This document shows, piece after piece, positions 29,711-38,906 of a stretch of DNA of 64,000 bases. Numbering within the stretch: the stretch's first letter is position 1; each line of letters begins with the position of its first letter. A model generated the notes under the pieces. That model did no database searches. It saw only the letters and a list, made by a program, of their open reading frames with translations, and was not told where the DNA came from. The translations under genes were made by a program, and so were the position numbers. The DNA lies in assembly GCA_041500225.1 (NCBI GenBank), contig JBGQLV010000006.1, forward strand, positions 8,271 through 72,270. Direction: 5' to 3'. Source of the DNA: Thermodesulfovibrionia bacterium (GTDB lineage Bacteria; Nitrospirota; Thermodesulfovibrionia; Thermodesulfovibrionales; SM23-35).

Positions 29711-29730
29711 CACAGATTTTAAAATCTGTG
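29711..29730. repeat. perfect 20-bp palindrome in the mutS / nifU-like divergent intergenic region
   Basis: CACAGATTTTAAAATCTGTG is its own reverse complement. Confidence 0.9.
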
Positions 29731-29827
29731 TTGGTTATAATCATGCATGAACCTCTTTTTGTTTTCATGGTAGAATGTTGTAGATGGGTAAAAACCTCTT
29801 CATGTAGAAAATTAAAATAAGGAGTCT

Positions 29828-30034
29828 ATGGATAAAACAGAAGAAAAGATTAGAGAGATTCTCGAGAGCCTCCAGTGTATTTTATCAGCCCATGACAGTT
29901 GTGCGGAATTAGTTGAAGTTAAGGATAACAGGGCAGTGATAAACTGTGTCGGCCCATGTGTACGCTGCGACAACAGATGCATTGAAGATGCGATTAAGGA
30001 AAAGTTACCTGATATTGAAGTGATTGTAAGATAG
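29828..30034 (+). CDS. small NifU-C-terminal-like protein
   Basis: 68 aa with the CVRC pair in a NifU-like alpha/beta context. AGGAG RBS. Confidence 0.5.
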   Translation: MDKTEEKIREILESLQCILSAHDSCAELVEVKDNRAVINCVGPCVRCDNRCIEDAIKEKLPDIEVIVR

Positions 30035-30086
30035 ATATTGTAGAAATAATGTCCTTAAAAGGAAAAAATACCTTAAAGGAGAATAT

Positions 30087-30656
30087 ATGAATCCGGTATT
30101 AAAAGCAATCGCAGGAAGAAGGGCTGTAAGGAGCTATGAGTCCAAACCAGTTCCCGGGGAAATAATTAACAAGATTATAGAAGCAGCCAATCAGGCACCA
30201 TCAGCCATGAACAGCCAGCCCTGGCGTTTTGTAATTGTGGAGGACAAAGAATTCCACAGAAAACTAACAGAAGCAGCCATCCCAAACAGCAAAAAAAGGC
30301 TGGAGCCTTTTAAGGATATTAACCCTGAAAGATACCAGTCTATTATGAAACGATACGAGGAATTAGAAGACCCGATTTACTATTCAGCCCCTGTAATCAT
30401 ATTTGTTATAGGCTCTGGTCAATTTGTAGATTTGTCCTGTCCCCTGGCATGTGAGAATATAATGTTAGCAGCATATTCACTAGGACTTGGAAGCTGCTGG
30501 GTCCATTTCGGTTCTCTGGTAACAGACAATGAAGAAATAAGAAAAGAACTTGAATTATCTAATGATGAAAAAATATACGGTCCGATAATTATCGGTTACA
30601 CACAAAATTTTCCTGAACCACCTCCGAAAAAGGAACCCCAGGTTAAATGGATATAG
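30087..30656 (+). CDS. nitroreductase family protein
   Basis: RRAVRSY, SAMNSQPWRF, and the size typical of FMN nitroreductases. Confidence 0.85.
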   Translation: MNPVLKAIAGRRAVRSYESKPVPGEIINKIIEAANQAPSAMNSQPWRFVIVEDKEFHRKLTEAAIPNSKKRLEPFKDINPERYQSIMKRYEELEDPIYYSAPVIIFVIGSGQFVDLSCPLACENIMLAAYSLGLGSCWVHFGSLVTDNEEIRKELELSNDEKIYGPIIIGYTQNFPEPPPKKEPQVKWI

Positions 30657-30691
30657 TCACTAATGCGGTCATAAGTAGAGCCATATAATTC

Positions 30692-30775
30692 GTCATTCCC
30701 TCGAAAGCGGGAATCCAGTGTATCGTGGGGTGACGAACCGCCAGTACTGGATTCCGGGTCAAGCCCGGAATGACA
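30692..30775. repeat. GTCATTCC...GGAATGAC double-hairpin element, copy A
   Basis: GTCATTCCC-TCGAAAGC-GGGAATCCAG ... CTGGATTCCGGG-TCAAG-CCCGGAATGAC. Shares termini and CCAG/CTGG joints with copies at 44515-44588 and 51136-51204. Confidence 0.85.
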
Positions 30776-30889
30776 GAAGAAAGAATAAGAACATGTCTTT
30801 TTACTTATGGTCTCCTTAGTAAATACTGAGACTAATAAAGACTGGGCAAGCTTATCTCATTTTCCATTGTGAGCCAGGGGTTAAAGGGG

Positions 30890-32122
30890 TTAAGGATTAT
30901 AATATTTCTTTTTCTTTTTCAGATAATCCTGTTCGACATGCCCGCCATAATCATGCGGATATTTATAGCCCTTTCCATGCCCTAATTTTTTAGCACCGGG
31001 ATAGTGACTGTCTTTTAAATGGTCCGGGACCTCCATTGTCTCTTCAGTAGCAATATCTTTCATTGCAGTTTCTATGGCTTTATAACAGGCGTTGCTTTTT
31101 GGTGCGGTTGCAATATAAATGGCTGCCTGTGCAAGGGGTATCCTTGCCTCCGGCATGCCGATGAATTCCACTGCCCTTAATGCAGATGTAGCAATGACCA
31201 GCGCCATAGGGTCAGCATTCCCCACATCTTCTGAGGCGCAGATGACAATGCGCCTTGCAACAAATCGAGGGTCCTCACCTGCGTAAATCATCTTTGCAAG
31301 ATAATAGACAGCAGCATCGGGGTCTGAACCACGCATGCTCTTTATAAAGGCAGAGATTGTGTCATAGTGCTGGTCACCTTTTTTATCATAGACGATGACT
31401 TTTTTCTGAATGGACTCTTCTGCTATCCGGATGTCTATTTTTATAGTACCGTCTTTGTCAGGAGATGTCGTAAGAGCAGCTATTTCCAGCGCAGACAAAG
31501 CCTTTCTCGCATCTCCGTCAGACATTTTAGCAATATGTTTTAATGAATTTTCATCTGTAATTATATTTAAGTTACCCAGTCCTTGTTCTTTATCCTGAAG
31601 GGCATTATTTAAGACCTTCAAAATATCTTCCTCTGTGAGCGGTTTCAATTCAAATATCTGACTTCTTGAAAGGAGGGCTGTATTTACGTAAAAGAATGGG
31701 TTTTCTACTGTGGCAGCAATAAGCGTTATATTCCCTTCCTCAACATCAGGAAGGAGGGCGTCCTGCTGTAGTTTATTAAACCTGTGAATCTCATCAAGAA
31801 AGACAATGGTGTGTATACCCTTAGCCTTTCTGGCCTTAGCATGCTGTATAACCTTTCTGATTTCATCAAGCCCGATAGTGGCTGCATTAAGCCATTCAAA
31901 ATGTGCCTTTGTCTTTTCGGCAATTATTCTTGCAAGGGCGGTTTTTCCAGTACCGGGCGGGCCATATAGGATTAAAGATGTGATCCTGTCCGCTTCTATA
32001 GCCCGCCTTAGTAATTTTCCAGGCCCGAGAATGTGTCTCTGTCCGACATATTCATCAAGAGTTTTTGGACACATGCGATAAGCAAGAGGCGGTATGAGAT
32101 CTTCTTCTTTAAATAATTCCAT
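30890..32122 (-). CDS. rarA: replication-associated recombination protein A (AAA+ ATPase)
   Basis: Walker A GPPGTGKT, Walker B FLDEIHRF, and the MgsA C-terminal region. Confidence 0.9.
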   Translation of the reverse strand: MELFKEEDLIPPLAYRMCPKTLDEYVGQRHILGPGKLLRRAIEADRITSLILYGPPGTGKTALARIIAEKTKAHFEWLNAATIGLDEIRKVIQHAKARKAKGIHTIVFLDEIHRFNKLQQDALLPDVEEGNITLIAATVENPFFYVNTALLSRSQIFELKPLTEEDILKVLNNALQDKEQGLGNLNIITDENSLKHIAKMSDGDARKALSALEIAALTTSPDKDGTIKIDIRIAEESIQKKVIVYDKKGDQHYDTISAFIKSMRGSDPDAAVYYLAKMIYAGEDPRFVARRIVICASEDVGNADPMALVIATSALRAVEFIGMPEARIPLAQAAIYIATAPKSNACYKAIETAMKDIATEETMEVPDHLKDSHYPGAKKLGHGKGYKYPHDYGGHVEQDYLKKKKKYYNP

Positions 32123-32257
32123 ATTTTATGTTCGCTGATATGATGGAAATTTTCAAGTTATATCAAGTCTTTTTAAAGGATATTGGAAATGATATACTAT
32201 TTTCAACATACAAGGATGTTTATAAAGTATAAGGCTGTAGATTTATAGGAGGTTGCA

Positions 32258-33424
32258 ATGTTTCATACCGCAGACCCCGAAGATGTTATTGACGGCAAGA
32301 TTACCGATGTATATTTTGAAAGAACACTAAAAATCCTTAAGGCTAAAAAGATAAACCCGGTTGTAAAGGCTGAATTTATCGCTAAAAGCCTTCCTGAAAA
32401 CTGGCCCTGGGCTATATTTGCAGGACTTGAAGAGGCGATATATCTGATGAAACATCTGCCAATCAAGGTAAGGGCAATGAAAGAAGGGACTGTCTTTTAT
32501 CCTTATGAGCCTGTGGTGGAGATAGAGGGGAGATACCAGGACTTTTGCGTGTATGAGACCGCAATACTTGGTTTGATATGTCAGGCATCAGGCGTTGCAA
32601 CAAAGGCTGCGAGATTCAAGAAACTCGCCGGCGATAGGGTTGTTATCAGTTTTGGCGCTCGCAGGATGCATCCGATACTTGCACCTATGATTGAAAGAAA
32701 TGCATATATCGGAGGATGTGATGGTGTTTCGGTTGTCAAGTCAGGTGAAATAATTGGTGAAGATCCTATGGGTACAATGCCTCATGCACTGATAATATGT
32801 ATGGGCTCTACAGTAGATGCAATAAAAGCATACGATGAGGTTTTAGAGCCTAAATTAAAAAGGGTTGCTTTAATAGATACATTTCTTGATGAAAAATTTG
32901 AATGCCTTAACGTCGCAGAGGCCCTTGGCGGAAAACTTTTCGCAGTCAGGTTCGATACACCTTCATCGAGAAGGGGAAACTTCTACAGGATTCTTGAAGA
33001 ATGCAGGTGGGAGTTGGACATGAGAGGATATAAGCATATAAAGTTCTATGTGAGCGGTGGAATAAAGGAAGAAGATGTCCCCGAGTTAAATCCTGTTGTT
33101 GATGGCTATGGTATTGGTACTTCCATAAGTAATGCCCCTGTCGTGGATTATGCAATGGATATTATGGAGGTTGAAGGGAAGCCCCAGGCTAAGAGAGGTA
33201 AATGGTCAGGAAGTAAGAGAGTCCTGAGATGCCCGGGATGTGGTAAAAGAAAGATTGTTCCGAACGATAAAGATAAGCATGTATGCTTGTGTGGAAAAAG
33301 ATTTGAAGACATACTTATTCCTGTACTCGATAAGGGTAAGCAAATTATTAAGTTGGAACCTCCCTCGAAACTCAGAAAAATGGTTTTTGAGAATATAAAA
33401 GCTCTTTTTTTGAATGAAGGATAA
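32258..33424 (+). CDS. nicotinate phosphoribosyltransferase-family protein with C-terminal zinc ribbon
   Basis: Type II PRTase layout (MPHALI, RFDTPSSRRG). C-terminal CPGC ... C.C. Confidence 0.75.
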   Translation: MFHTADPEDVIDGKITDVYFERTLKILKAKKINPVVKAEFIAKSLPENWPWAIFAGLEEAIYLMKHLPIKVRAMKEGTVFYPYEPVVEIEGRYQDFCVYETAILGLICQASGVATKAARFKKLAGDRVVISFGARRMHPILAPMIERNAYIGGCDGVSVVKSGEIIGEDPMGTMPHALIICMGSTVDAIKAYDEVLEPKLKRVALIDTFLDEKFECLNVAEALGGKLFAVRFDTPSSRRGNFYRILEECRWELDMRGYKHIKFYVSGGIKEEDVPELNPVVDGYGIGTSISNAPVVDYAMDIMEVEGKPQAKRGKWSGSKRVLRCPGCGKRKIVPNDKDKHVCLCGKRFEDILIPVLDKGKQIIKLEPPSKLRKMVFENIKALFLNEG

Positions 33425-33440
33425 GATTTTGCTATTCATA

Positions 33441-33474
33441 ACTGCTTACTACTTACTGCATACTGCTTACTAAC
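33441..33474. repeat. imperfect heptanucleotide tandem repeat (ACTGCTT-like x4.9), intergenic
   Basis: ACTGCTT ACTACTT ACTGCAT ACTGCTT ACTAAC, between the PRTase stop and the transporter start. Confidence 0.85.
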
Positions 33475-33478
33475 GAGA

Positions 33479-34303
33479 ATGGCTTCTATTTATATCTTGC
33501 TTGCAATGTTTCTCTGGAGTTCTCTCGGTGTGGTCGTTAGGCTCTCAGGTGTTGAAATACATACACTTATCTTTTATTCAGTTGTAGTAGCTTTGATTGT
33601 CCAGGGAATAATTTTATCCCTGAAAAATTACAGAAAAGAGATTCCAGAGATCAAGAAGCTTAAGTATCCCATGATACTCGGCCTTTTTTCACTTTTAAAT
33701 ACATTAACTTACTTTTATGCATTTAAACATACTACGATAGCAAATGCTGTCCTTACACATTATACAGCTCCTGTAATCGTTGCATTTCTTGCTCCGCTGT
33801 TTCTAAGAGAGATTATCACGAGAAGGATTATTTTTGTGATAGTTATAGCTTCAATCGGCCTCTGGATTATGCTTGAAGGATTCTCATTCAAAGAAGGTCA
33901 AATGGCCGGCATAATGGCTGGTCTTGCCTCAGGACTTACATATGCAATAATCATTATCTTTGCGAGGATACAGGCCCGGAATTTTAATCCGCTTGTGCTT
34001 ACTTTTTTTTCAAATGCTGTTATTGCAGTCCTGCTTGCACCCTTTATAAGGGAGGTGCCCTTAAATGCCTTATGGAGTTTTCTGGTGATGGGAATAATTC
34101 ATTCCACTATAGCACCTATTTTATATTATAAAGGGCTCCAGTATGTTACTGCTAACAGGGCTGCTGTCCTTGGTTATCTTGAACCTGTCAGCGCGATAAT
34201 CTTCAGCATGTTATTCTTAAATGAACTGCCGGGGGAAAATTCGATTATTGGTGGAATACTAATAATTATTTCAGGTTATCTGACTCTAAAAAAAGAAAGG
34301 TGA
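33479..34303 (+). CDS. EamA/DMT-family transporter
   Basis: About ten predicted TM helices in two EamA-like halves. Confidence 0.8.
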   Translation: MASIYILLAMFLWSSLGVVVRLSGVEIHTLIFYSVVVALIVQGIILSLKNYRKEIPEIKKLKYPMILGLFSLLNTLTYFYAFKHTTIANAVLTHYTAPVIVAFLAPLFLREIITRRIIFVIVIASIGLWIMLEGFSFKEGQMAGIMAGLASGLTYAIIIIFARIQARNFNPLVLTFFSNAVIAVLLAPFIREVPLNALWSFLVMGIIHSTIAPILYYKGLQYVTANRAAVLGYLEPVSAIIFSMLFLNELPGENSIIGGILIIISGYLTLKKER

Positions 34304-34311
34304 AATTACCT

Positions 34312-34596
34312 TTATTTTTTATTTTCTGAAATGTCAGGTGTTTGAGCACTTAATTCTTTATGGAATAAATAGAGTGCCTCACTCAGTGGAAGTTCCGGAT
34401 ATCTGATGGTGGCCTCAATCACATCTGCAATAGGATAATCGACGTGATGTCCTTCGGGATATAAAATTCGAATAAACTTTCGTTTTAAAAGATAACAGCG
34501 TTTAATATGACCATTTTTATCAGTGAAAGGAATAATAACATGCTCAGGGTCTTCTTCAAGTCCATAACGTTTTATTAATTCATTAATTTCTTCCAC
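34312..34596 (-). CDS. hypothetical protein
   Basis: Clean 94-aa ORF with non-repetitive composition. No motif recognised. Confidence 0.4.
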   Translation of the reverse strand: MEEINELIKRYGLEEDPEHVIIPFTDKNGHIKRCYLLKRKFIRILYPEGHHVDYPIADVIEATIRYPELPLSEALYLFHKELSAQTPDISENKK

Positions 34597-34720
34597 TACT
34601 AATGTCCGTTTAAAAAATAGCCTTAGGATTGAAGCATCAGTTTAAACAATGATATAACATAATACATTATATAAAATTATAGATTTGTATAGCTAATAGC
34701 AGCAATGAGATATCAATAAA

Positions 34721-35617
34721 ATGGATCCAATTACCCACGGGCTTGCAGGTATAACAATTGCTAACCTTGGCTTTAAGCGAAAAGCAGCCATGTGGGTATT
34801 GCTCCTTTCATCAATTGCTCCGGATTTTGACTACATAACACGATTCTGGGGTGCGGATATATTTCTCAGATACCACAGGGGTATAACACACGGCATACTT
34901 GCCTTGTTTGTTATCCCGATAATAATCGGTCTCATTTTTGGCTATAGAAAAGGGTTTTTATATTATTCCTTCACAGCCTTTCTCGGCTATGCCGCACATC
35001 TCTTTATGGACCTCACAAACCAATATGGCACGCGCATTCTTTCTCCGCTTGACTGGCAGCAGTATTCCCTTGACCTGATATTTTACATTGACCCATATAT
35101 AATTATAGGTTTTCTTCTATCTGTCATCCTGTGCAAGTTTAATAAAAACAGGACTACAGCCATAGCGCTTATTACAGTGGTCCTTTTAATTGCTTATACA
35201 GGTAGCCGATATTATCTTCACGGTAAGACAAAGGAATTTTTAAGGGAGAGAATGGATGCCAATACTTATATGGTATGTCCCCTGCCTAATGACTTTCTGA
35301 GATGGTGGTTTATTGCAAAGTCAGGGGATGAGATAAAAGTAGGTTTTGCAGACCTCTTTACACAGAGGATATGTGTGCAGGAAACATACTGGATACAAGA
35401 CAAAGACCTGTTTATAGACAAGTCAAAGGAGACCAGGGTTGTAAGAAATTTTCTTTATTTTTCAAAGTATCCGTATGCTGAGGTAAGGAAAGAAGTCGGG
35501 AAGACAACAGTGGTCTGGCGTGAGCTTGCCTATTCCTTTTTCTCAGGAGATCATTTTGTAGCAAAGGTGGTATTTGACAAAGATGGAAAGTTATTAAATT
35601 CATCCTTCAAATTTTAA
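34721..35617 (+). CDS. membrane-bound metal-dependent hydrolase (YdjM/DUF457-like)
   Basis: MDPITHGLAG start, several TM helices, and conserved His residues (HRGITHG, HLFMD). Confidence 0.7.
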   Translation: MDPITHGLAGITIANLGFKRKAAMWVLLLSSIAPDFDYITRFWGADIFLRYHRGITHGILALFVIPIIIGLIFGYRKGFLYYSFTAFLGYAAHLFMDLTNQYGTRILSPLDWQQYSLDLIFYIDPYIIIGFLLSVILCKFNKNRTTAIALITVVLLIAYTGSRYYLHGKTKEFLRERMDANTYMVCPLPNDFLRWWFIAKSGDEIKVGFADLFTQRICVQETYWIQDKDLFIDKSKETRVVRNFLYFSKYPYAEVRKEVGKTTVVWRELAYSFFSGDHFVAKVVFDKDGKLLNSSFKF

Positions 35618-35903
35618 TATTTTACAACTCTATATTCTCTTTGACTGCAGTTTTGATTATTTTTTCCTCTGCTACCTCTATAGGAATTATATCTACATCA
35701 AAAGGCTCTGCAAAAATAAGACCTGACTTTTACCCCTTGTGATACCCTTTGTCAAAGATAAAGAAACGACCCCTTATCGTCTTTTTCTCTTTAGTTTAAT
35801 TAGTCAAGAAGGTCCCCTTAGTATGTCCATGATTGACTGGAAATTCGAGCCTCTCCCTGAGGCGAGTATACCGAGTCTTAGATTTGACATAACATACCAA
35901 TAC

Positions 35904-37229
35904 TTATAACCTTATCTCTATATAGGCCTTCTCTCGTATGCCTTTAATCCAGTTTTTATATATCTCTGAAAAACGATCCTCGGCCAATTGATTCCTTACA
36001 TCTTTTCTCACTTCATCTATACTTTGTGCAGATATCTTTTCCTCAAGCTTTACAATGTGAAGCCCCTTTTCAGACCAGAATGGGATACTGAAATCGCCTG
36101 TTTTCATCGTATTAAGCACATCAATGAATTCTTTTGCGAGATGGTTTTTTTTCATAAATCCAAGATCACCACCAAGCCTTCTTGAAGGATCTTCTGAATA
36201 CTCTTTTGCGAGTGTGGAGAAATCCTCATCTTCCTTCAATTTTTGAATGATTAAGTCTGCCCTGTCCTCTATAGCCTTTTTGTCTGCATCATTTTCCGGT
36301 CTCTTAAAGAATATCTGCCTAAGCCTGAGAGTTTCACTATCACCGGGACTTTTCTTATTTTCCTCCATGTATTTTTTTACTTCTTCATCAGATATAACAA
36401 TCTTACTTCTTATTTGCTGGCTGACAAGCTTGCTGACAGTTATCTGTTCAGAGAGTATTTTTCTGTACTCTTCAAATGTTAACCCTTCTTTTTCGAGAGA
36501 TTCCCTTAAGGCGTTATCAGTCAATGAATATTTCTTTTTTATATTTTCTATAGCTTCTGTCATTTCTTCGGGTGTAACACCAAGCCCAAGCCTCTTGGCT
36601 TCCTGGATCTGGAGTCTCAGGTCAATAAGCTTACCAAGAAAAAATGCCTCATTATCTTTGAATATATTCATCCGTTCTTCTTCCTTCAACGACTTTACCT
36701 GGTCTGTTGCCTCATGCTCCATCATCTTATATAGCTCGCTCCATGTTATAACCTCCTTGTTGACCACTGCAACTACGCGGTCGAGTAAAACGGCAGCATG
36801 AGGACCCGGCTCTTCACGTACGTGTTCCAGAGGTTTTACATCAGTCCTTTCTTTAATAGGCGGTATGGTCTCTCTCTGAATAACCTGTTTCGTTGAGCTA
36901 TCTACCGTGGTAGTATCCTGAGAAGGTTGGACAGACTTAGAAACAATAAAAACCTTGTCATACCCCAGGGAATACAGTTCACTTTTTAAAGCATATGCTT
37001 GTGTTTCCTGGCTAAATTCACCGCAATAAACTTTATATAGACCTTCGGTTTCATGTACCGAGCATTTAATCCCTCTGTCTTTCAGGGTTTTGACTAAATT
37101 CTGTGTGTGTTTCTCTGACGAAAATGCTCCAACCTGAACAGAAAATATTTCTGATGAGTAAAGAACTTGATGGGTAAAAAAGAAAATAAATAATAGTGCG
37201 ATAACCTTAAAAAAGAAGTCTATCTTCAT
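35904..37229 (-). CDS. SPOR domain - SurA-like peptidyl-prolyl isomerase
   Basis: ATG 37229 is preceded by GGAGGAAAGGA. Signal/TM segment, SPOR (FSVQVGAFSSEKH ... YKVYCGEF), a SurA-N-like region, and a parvulin-type rotamase (GGDLGFM). Confidence 0.8.
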   Translation of the reverse strand: MKIDFFFKVIALLFIFFFTHQVLYSSEIFSVQVGAFSSEKHTQNLVKTLKDRGIKCSVHETEGLYKVYCGEFSQETQAYALKSELYSLGYDKVFIVSKSVQPSQDTTTVDSSTKQVIQRETIPPIKERTDVKPLEHVREEPGPHAAVLLDRVVAVVNKEVITWSELYKMMEHEATDQVKSLKEEERMNIFKDNEAFFLGKLIDLRLQIQEAKRLGLGVTPEEMTEAIENIKKKYSLTDNALRESLEKEGLTFEEYRKILSEQITVSKLVSQQIRSKIVISDEEVKKYMEENKKSPGDSETLRLRQIFFKRPENDADKKAIEDRADLIIQKLKEDEDFSTLAKEYSEDPSRRLGGDLGFMKKNHLAKEFIDVLNTMKTGDFSIPFWSEKGLHIVKLEEKISAQSIDEVRKDVRNQLAEDRFSEIYKNWIKGIREKAYIEIRL

Positions 37230-37316
37230 AAAAATATCCTTTCCTCCGCCTGAACAACTTAAACAAAGAATTCCCTGCACCAAAACTTAATGAATTATAA
37301 AATAGTAAGGAAATAA

Positions 37317-37336
37317 GGGGACTATAGGATGTCCCC
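37317..37336 (-). terminator. rho-independent terminator candidate after the OmpA-like gene
   Basis: On the minus strand GGGGAC-ATCCTATA-GTCCCC followed by TTATTT, 17 nt past the stop codon. Confidence 0.5.
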
Positions 37337-37352
37337 CTTTGTAATGAGCATC

Positions 37353-38186
37353 CTACTGCTCCACAAGTTCCACACGCCTGTTTTTGGCCTTTCCTTCTTC
37401 GGTTTTATTGGAGGCTATGGGGTTCAGTGAACTTACCCCGTATGCCTTAAGCCTTGATGAGGCTATGCCGTGTTTCGATACAAGCGAATTAGTCACGGCT
37501 ACGGCGCGGTCCTTTGAGAGCTTCATGTTGGCGTCGAAAGATCCCGCGTTGTCGGTATGGCCGACGACATAGACCTTAAGCGCGTTGTTGTTTTTGAGGA
37601 GTTTGGCAATCTCGGCTATCGCCGCGTCGGATTCGGGCTTTATCTCGGCCTTCCCGGTGTCGAAGTAGATTCCATATAAAGAAACATGGCCCGTCGCATT
37701 GATGTCGTTGCCCATCGCCTCGGCGTTGGCCTCGACCTCCTGTTTCATGACTTCTTTTTCAACAATGGTGAGTCTGTACAAGGTCGGCCAAGCCGATACC
37801 GTCACCCATGTTTCTTTGCCGTCTTTCTCAAGCTTGACAGTGGAATTCCAAGGGCGTTCACCTTCAAACAGCACCTTGCCCCCTATTTTTGTGAGTGCGT
37901 TTTGGATATTTCTGACCACCTTGAGGTCTCCCGGCCCCTTGGCACCCTGGTTGAGGTTATATTGTATATAATACTTATGGCCCTCTACGGAGACTTTTTT
38001 GCCGTTCTGGACAAAGAATTCGTGTTTATCAAAATCCTTTTCACTGTAATCGATGATATGAAAATCCGGCATCCTCGTCAGCAGGGGGTGGTCTTTGCTC
38101 CCTTGCTTATCTTTTTCGGCGGCGAAGACGTTAAAACCGATCAACACAAACAACATGCATAAAATTACGGCAATAACCTTGTTCAT
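37353..38186 (-). CDS. OmpA-family protein
   Basis: Signal peptide. C-terminal OmpA-like domain (VVGHTDNAGS ... NRRVELV). Confidence 0.8.
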   Translation of the reverse strand: MNKVIAVILCMLFVLIGFNVFAAEKDKQGSKDHPLLTRMPDFHIIDYSEKDFDKHEFFVQNGKKVSVEGHKYYIQYNLNQGAKGPGDLKVVRNIQNALTKIGGKVLFEGERPWNSTVKLEKDGKETWVTVSAWPTLYRLTIVEKEVMKQEVEANAEAMGNDINATGHVSLYGIYFDTGKAEIKPESDAAIAEIAKLLKNNNALKVYVVGHTDNAGSFDANMKLSKDRAVAVTNSLVSKHGIASSRLKAYGVSSLNPIASNKTEEGKAKNRRVELVEQ

Positions 38187-38328
38187 TATAAAGCCTCCTC
38201 AATGAGATTTTTATAAGGATACTGCGAACCGTTTGAAATGTAAAGCGTGGGTATGTCAACCCTGCGTATACGGGTTGTCTCGAACGATCTTACTTTTCGT
38301 TTGGCTTTTCATTTCTCTCTTCAATTTT

Positions 38329-38376
38329 ACCGAACAATGAGTTAAGCGGCTTGGCCGCTGGAACGTCTGGTTGGGC
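38329..38376 (-). other. attC site of the last recognisable cassette
   Basis: Plus strand: ACCGAAC-AATGA-GTTAAGCGGC-TTG-GCCGCTGGAAC-GTCTG-GTTGGGC. The stem has one bulged position. It starts 20 nt after the stop of 38397-38735. At 48 bp it is short for an attC. Confidence 0.6.
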
Positions 38377-38396
38377 GATCATTTTTCCATTCTCTG

Positions 38397-38735
38397 TCAC
38401 TTGTTAAGTTGACTAAATTGGCAACGTCCCCTATTTATCAACGCAACGCTTACTTCTAACTTTAGGACATGAGATGGCGGTAATCTATGTAGAAGAGAAG
38501 GGCGTTCGGTGTTCGGTATTTTTTTGCCTCTCTTCCCGTTGAGTTTGTCAAACTTGACCCTGTGTTCAAGTGGAGGATATATAAAGCCATCTTTGTTTTT
38601 ATATTTAGTGATCCACTTGCATGCGTTATCAAAATTAGCCGCAGGCATGACCTGACCACCATCAAATTTGATTTGTGACGCATAATCTAAGAACCCAAAT
38701 AAGTCCGATATAATCATTTTATCAACGACCAACAT
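38397..38735 (-). CDS. cassette-borne hypothetical protein
   Basis: The ORF is followed directly by an attC. I placed the start at the ATG encoding MLVVDKM; codons upstream in the track ORF run through repeat sequence. No motif recognised. Confidence 0.4.
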   Translation of the reverse strand: MLVVDKMIISDLFGFLDYASQIKFDGGQVMPAANFDNACKWITKYKNKDGFIYPPLEHRVKFDKLNGKRGKKIPNTERPSLLHRLPPSHVLKLEVSVALINRGRCQFSQLNK

Positions 38736-38817
38736 CAGCCGACCCCGCCACAGACGCCGGACTGAAAAGGAAAAGCGGCTATTCGAGGTCGGCCGGATGA
38801 ATTTGTTATCCCAAATG

Positions 38818-38906
38818 AGAACTCGTGAAGGGGTCAAATCTTTGATATTGACAAATATGTCACAGATAAAGATTTGACCCCATTCCCTGTTTTCTTCTCG
38901 AGTTCT
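38818..38906. repeat. gene-less hairpin copy (REPIN-like) of the RAYT-flanking inverted repeats
   Basis: GGGGTCAAATCTTT (38830-38843) and AAAGATTTGACCCC (38868-38881), with a 24-nt loop. Outer stem AGAACTCG (38818-38825) / CGAGTTCT (38899-38906). Confidence 0.85.

Noticed and set aside
36247-36801. 184-aa ORF antisense to the SPOR/SurA-like gene
   Set aside because: It has Ser/Leu-rich shadow-frame composition. The opposite strand encodes recognisable domains.
38255-38279. Short palindrome GTCAACCC-9 nt-GGGTTGTC with AAC/GTT boxes just beyond the last attC
   Set aside because: It is too short and has no separate L boxes, so I cannot call it an attC. It may be a simple hairpin.
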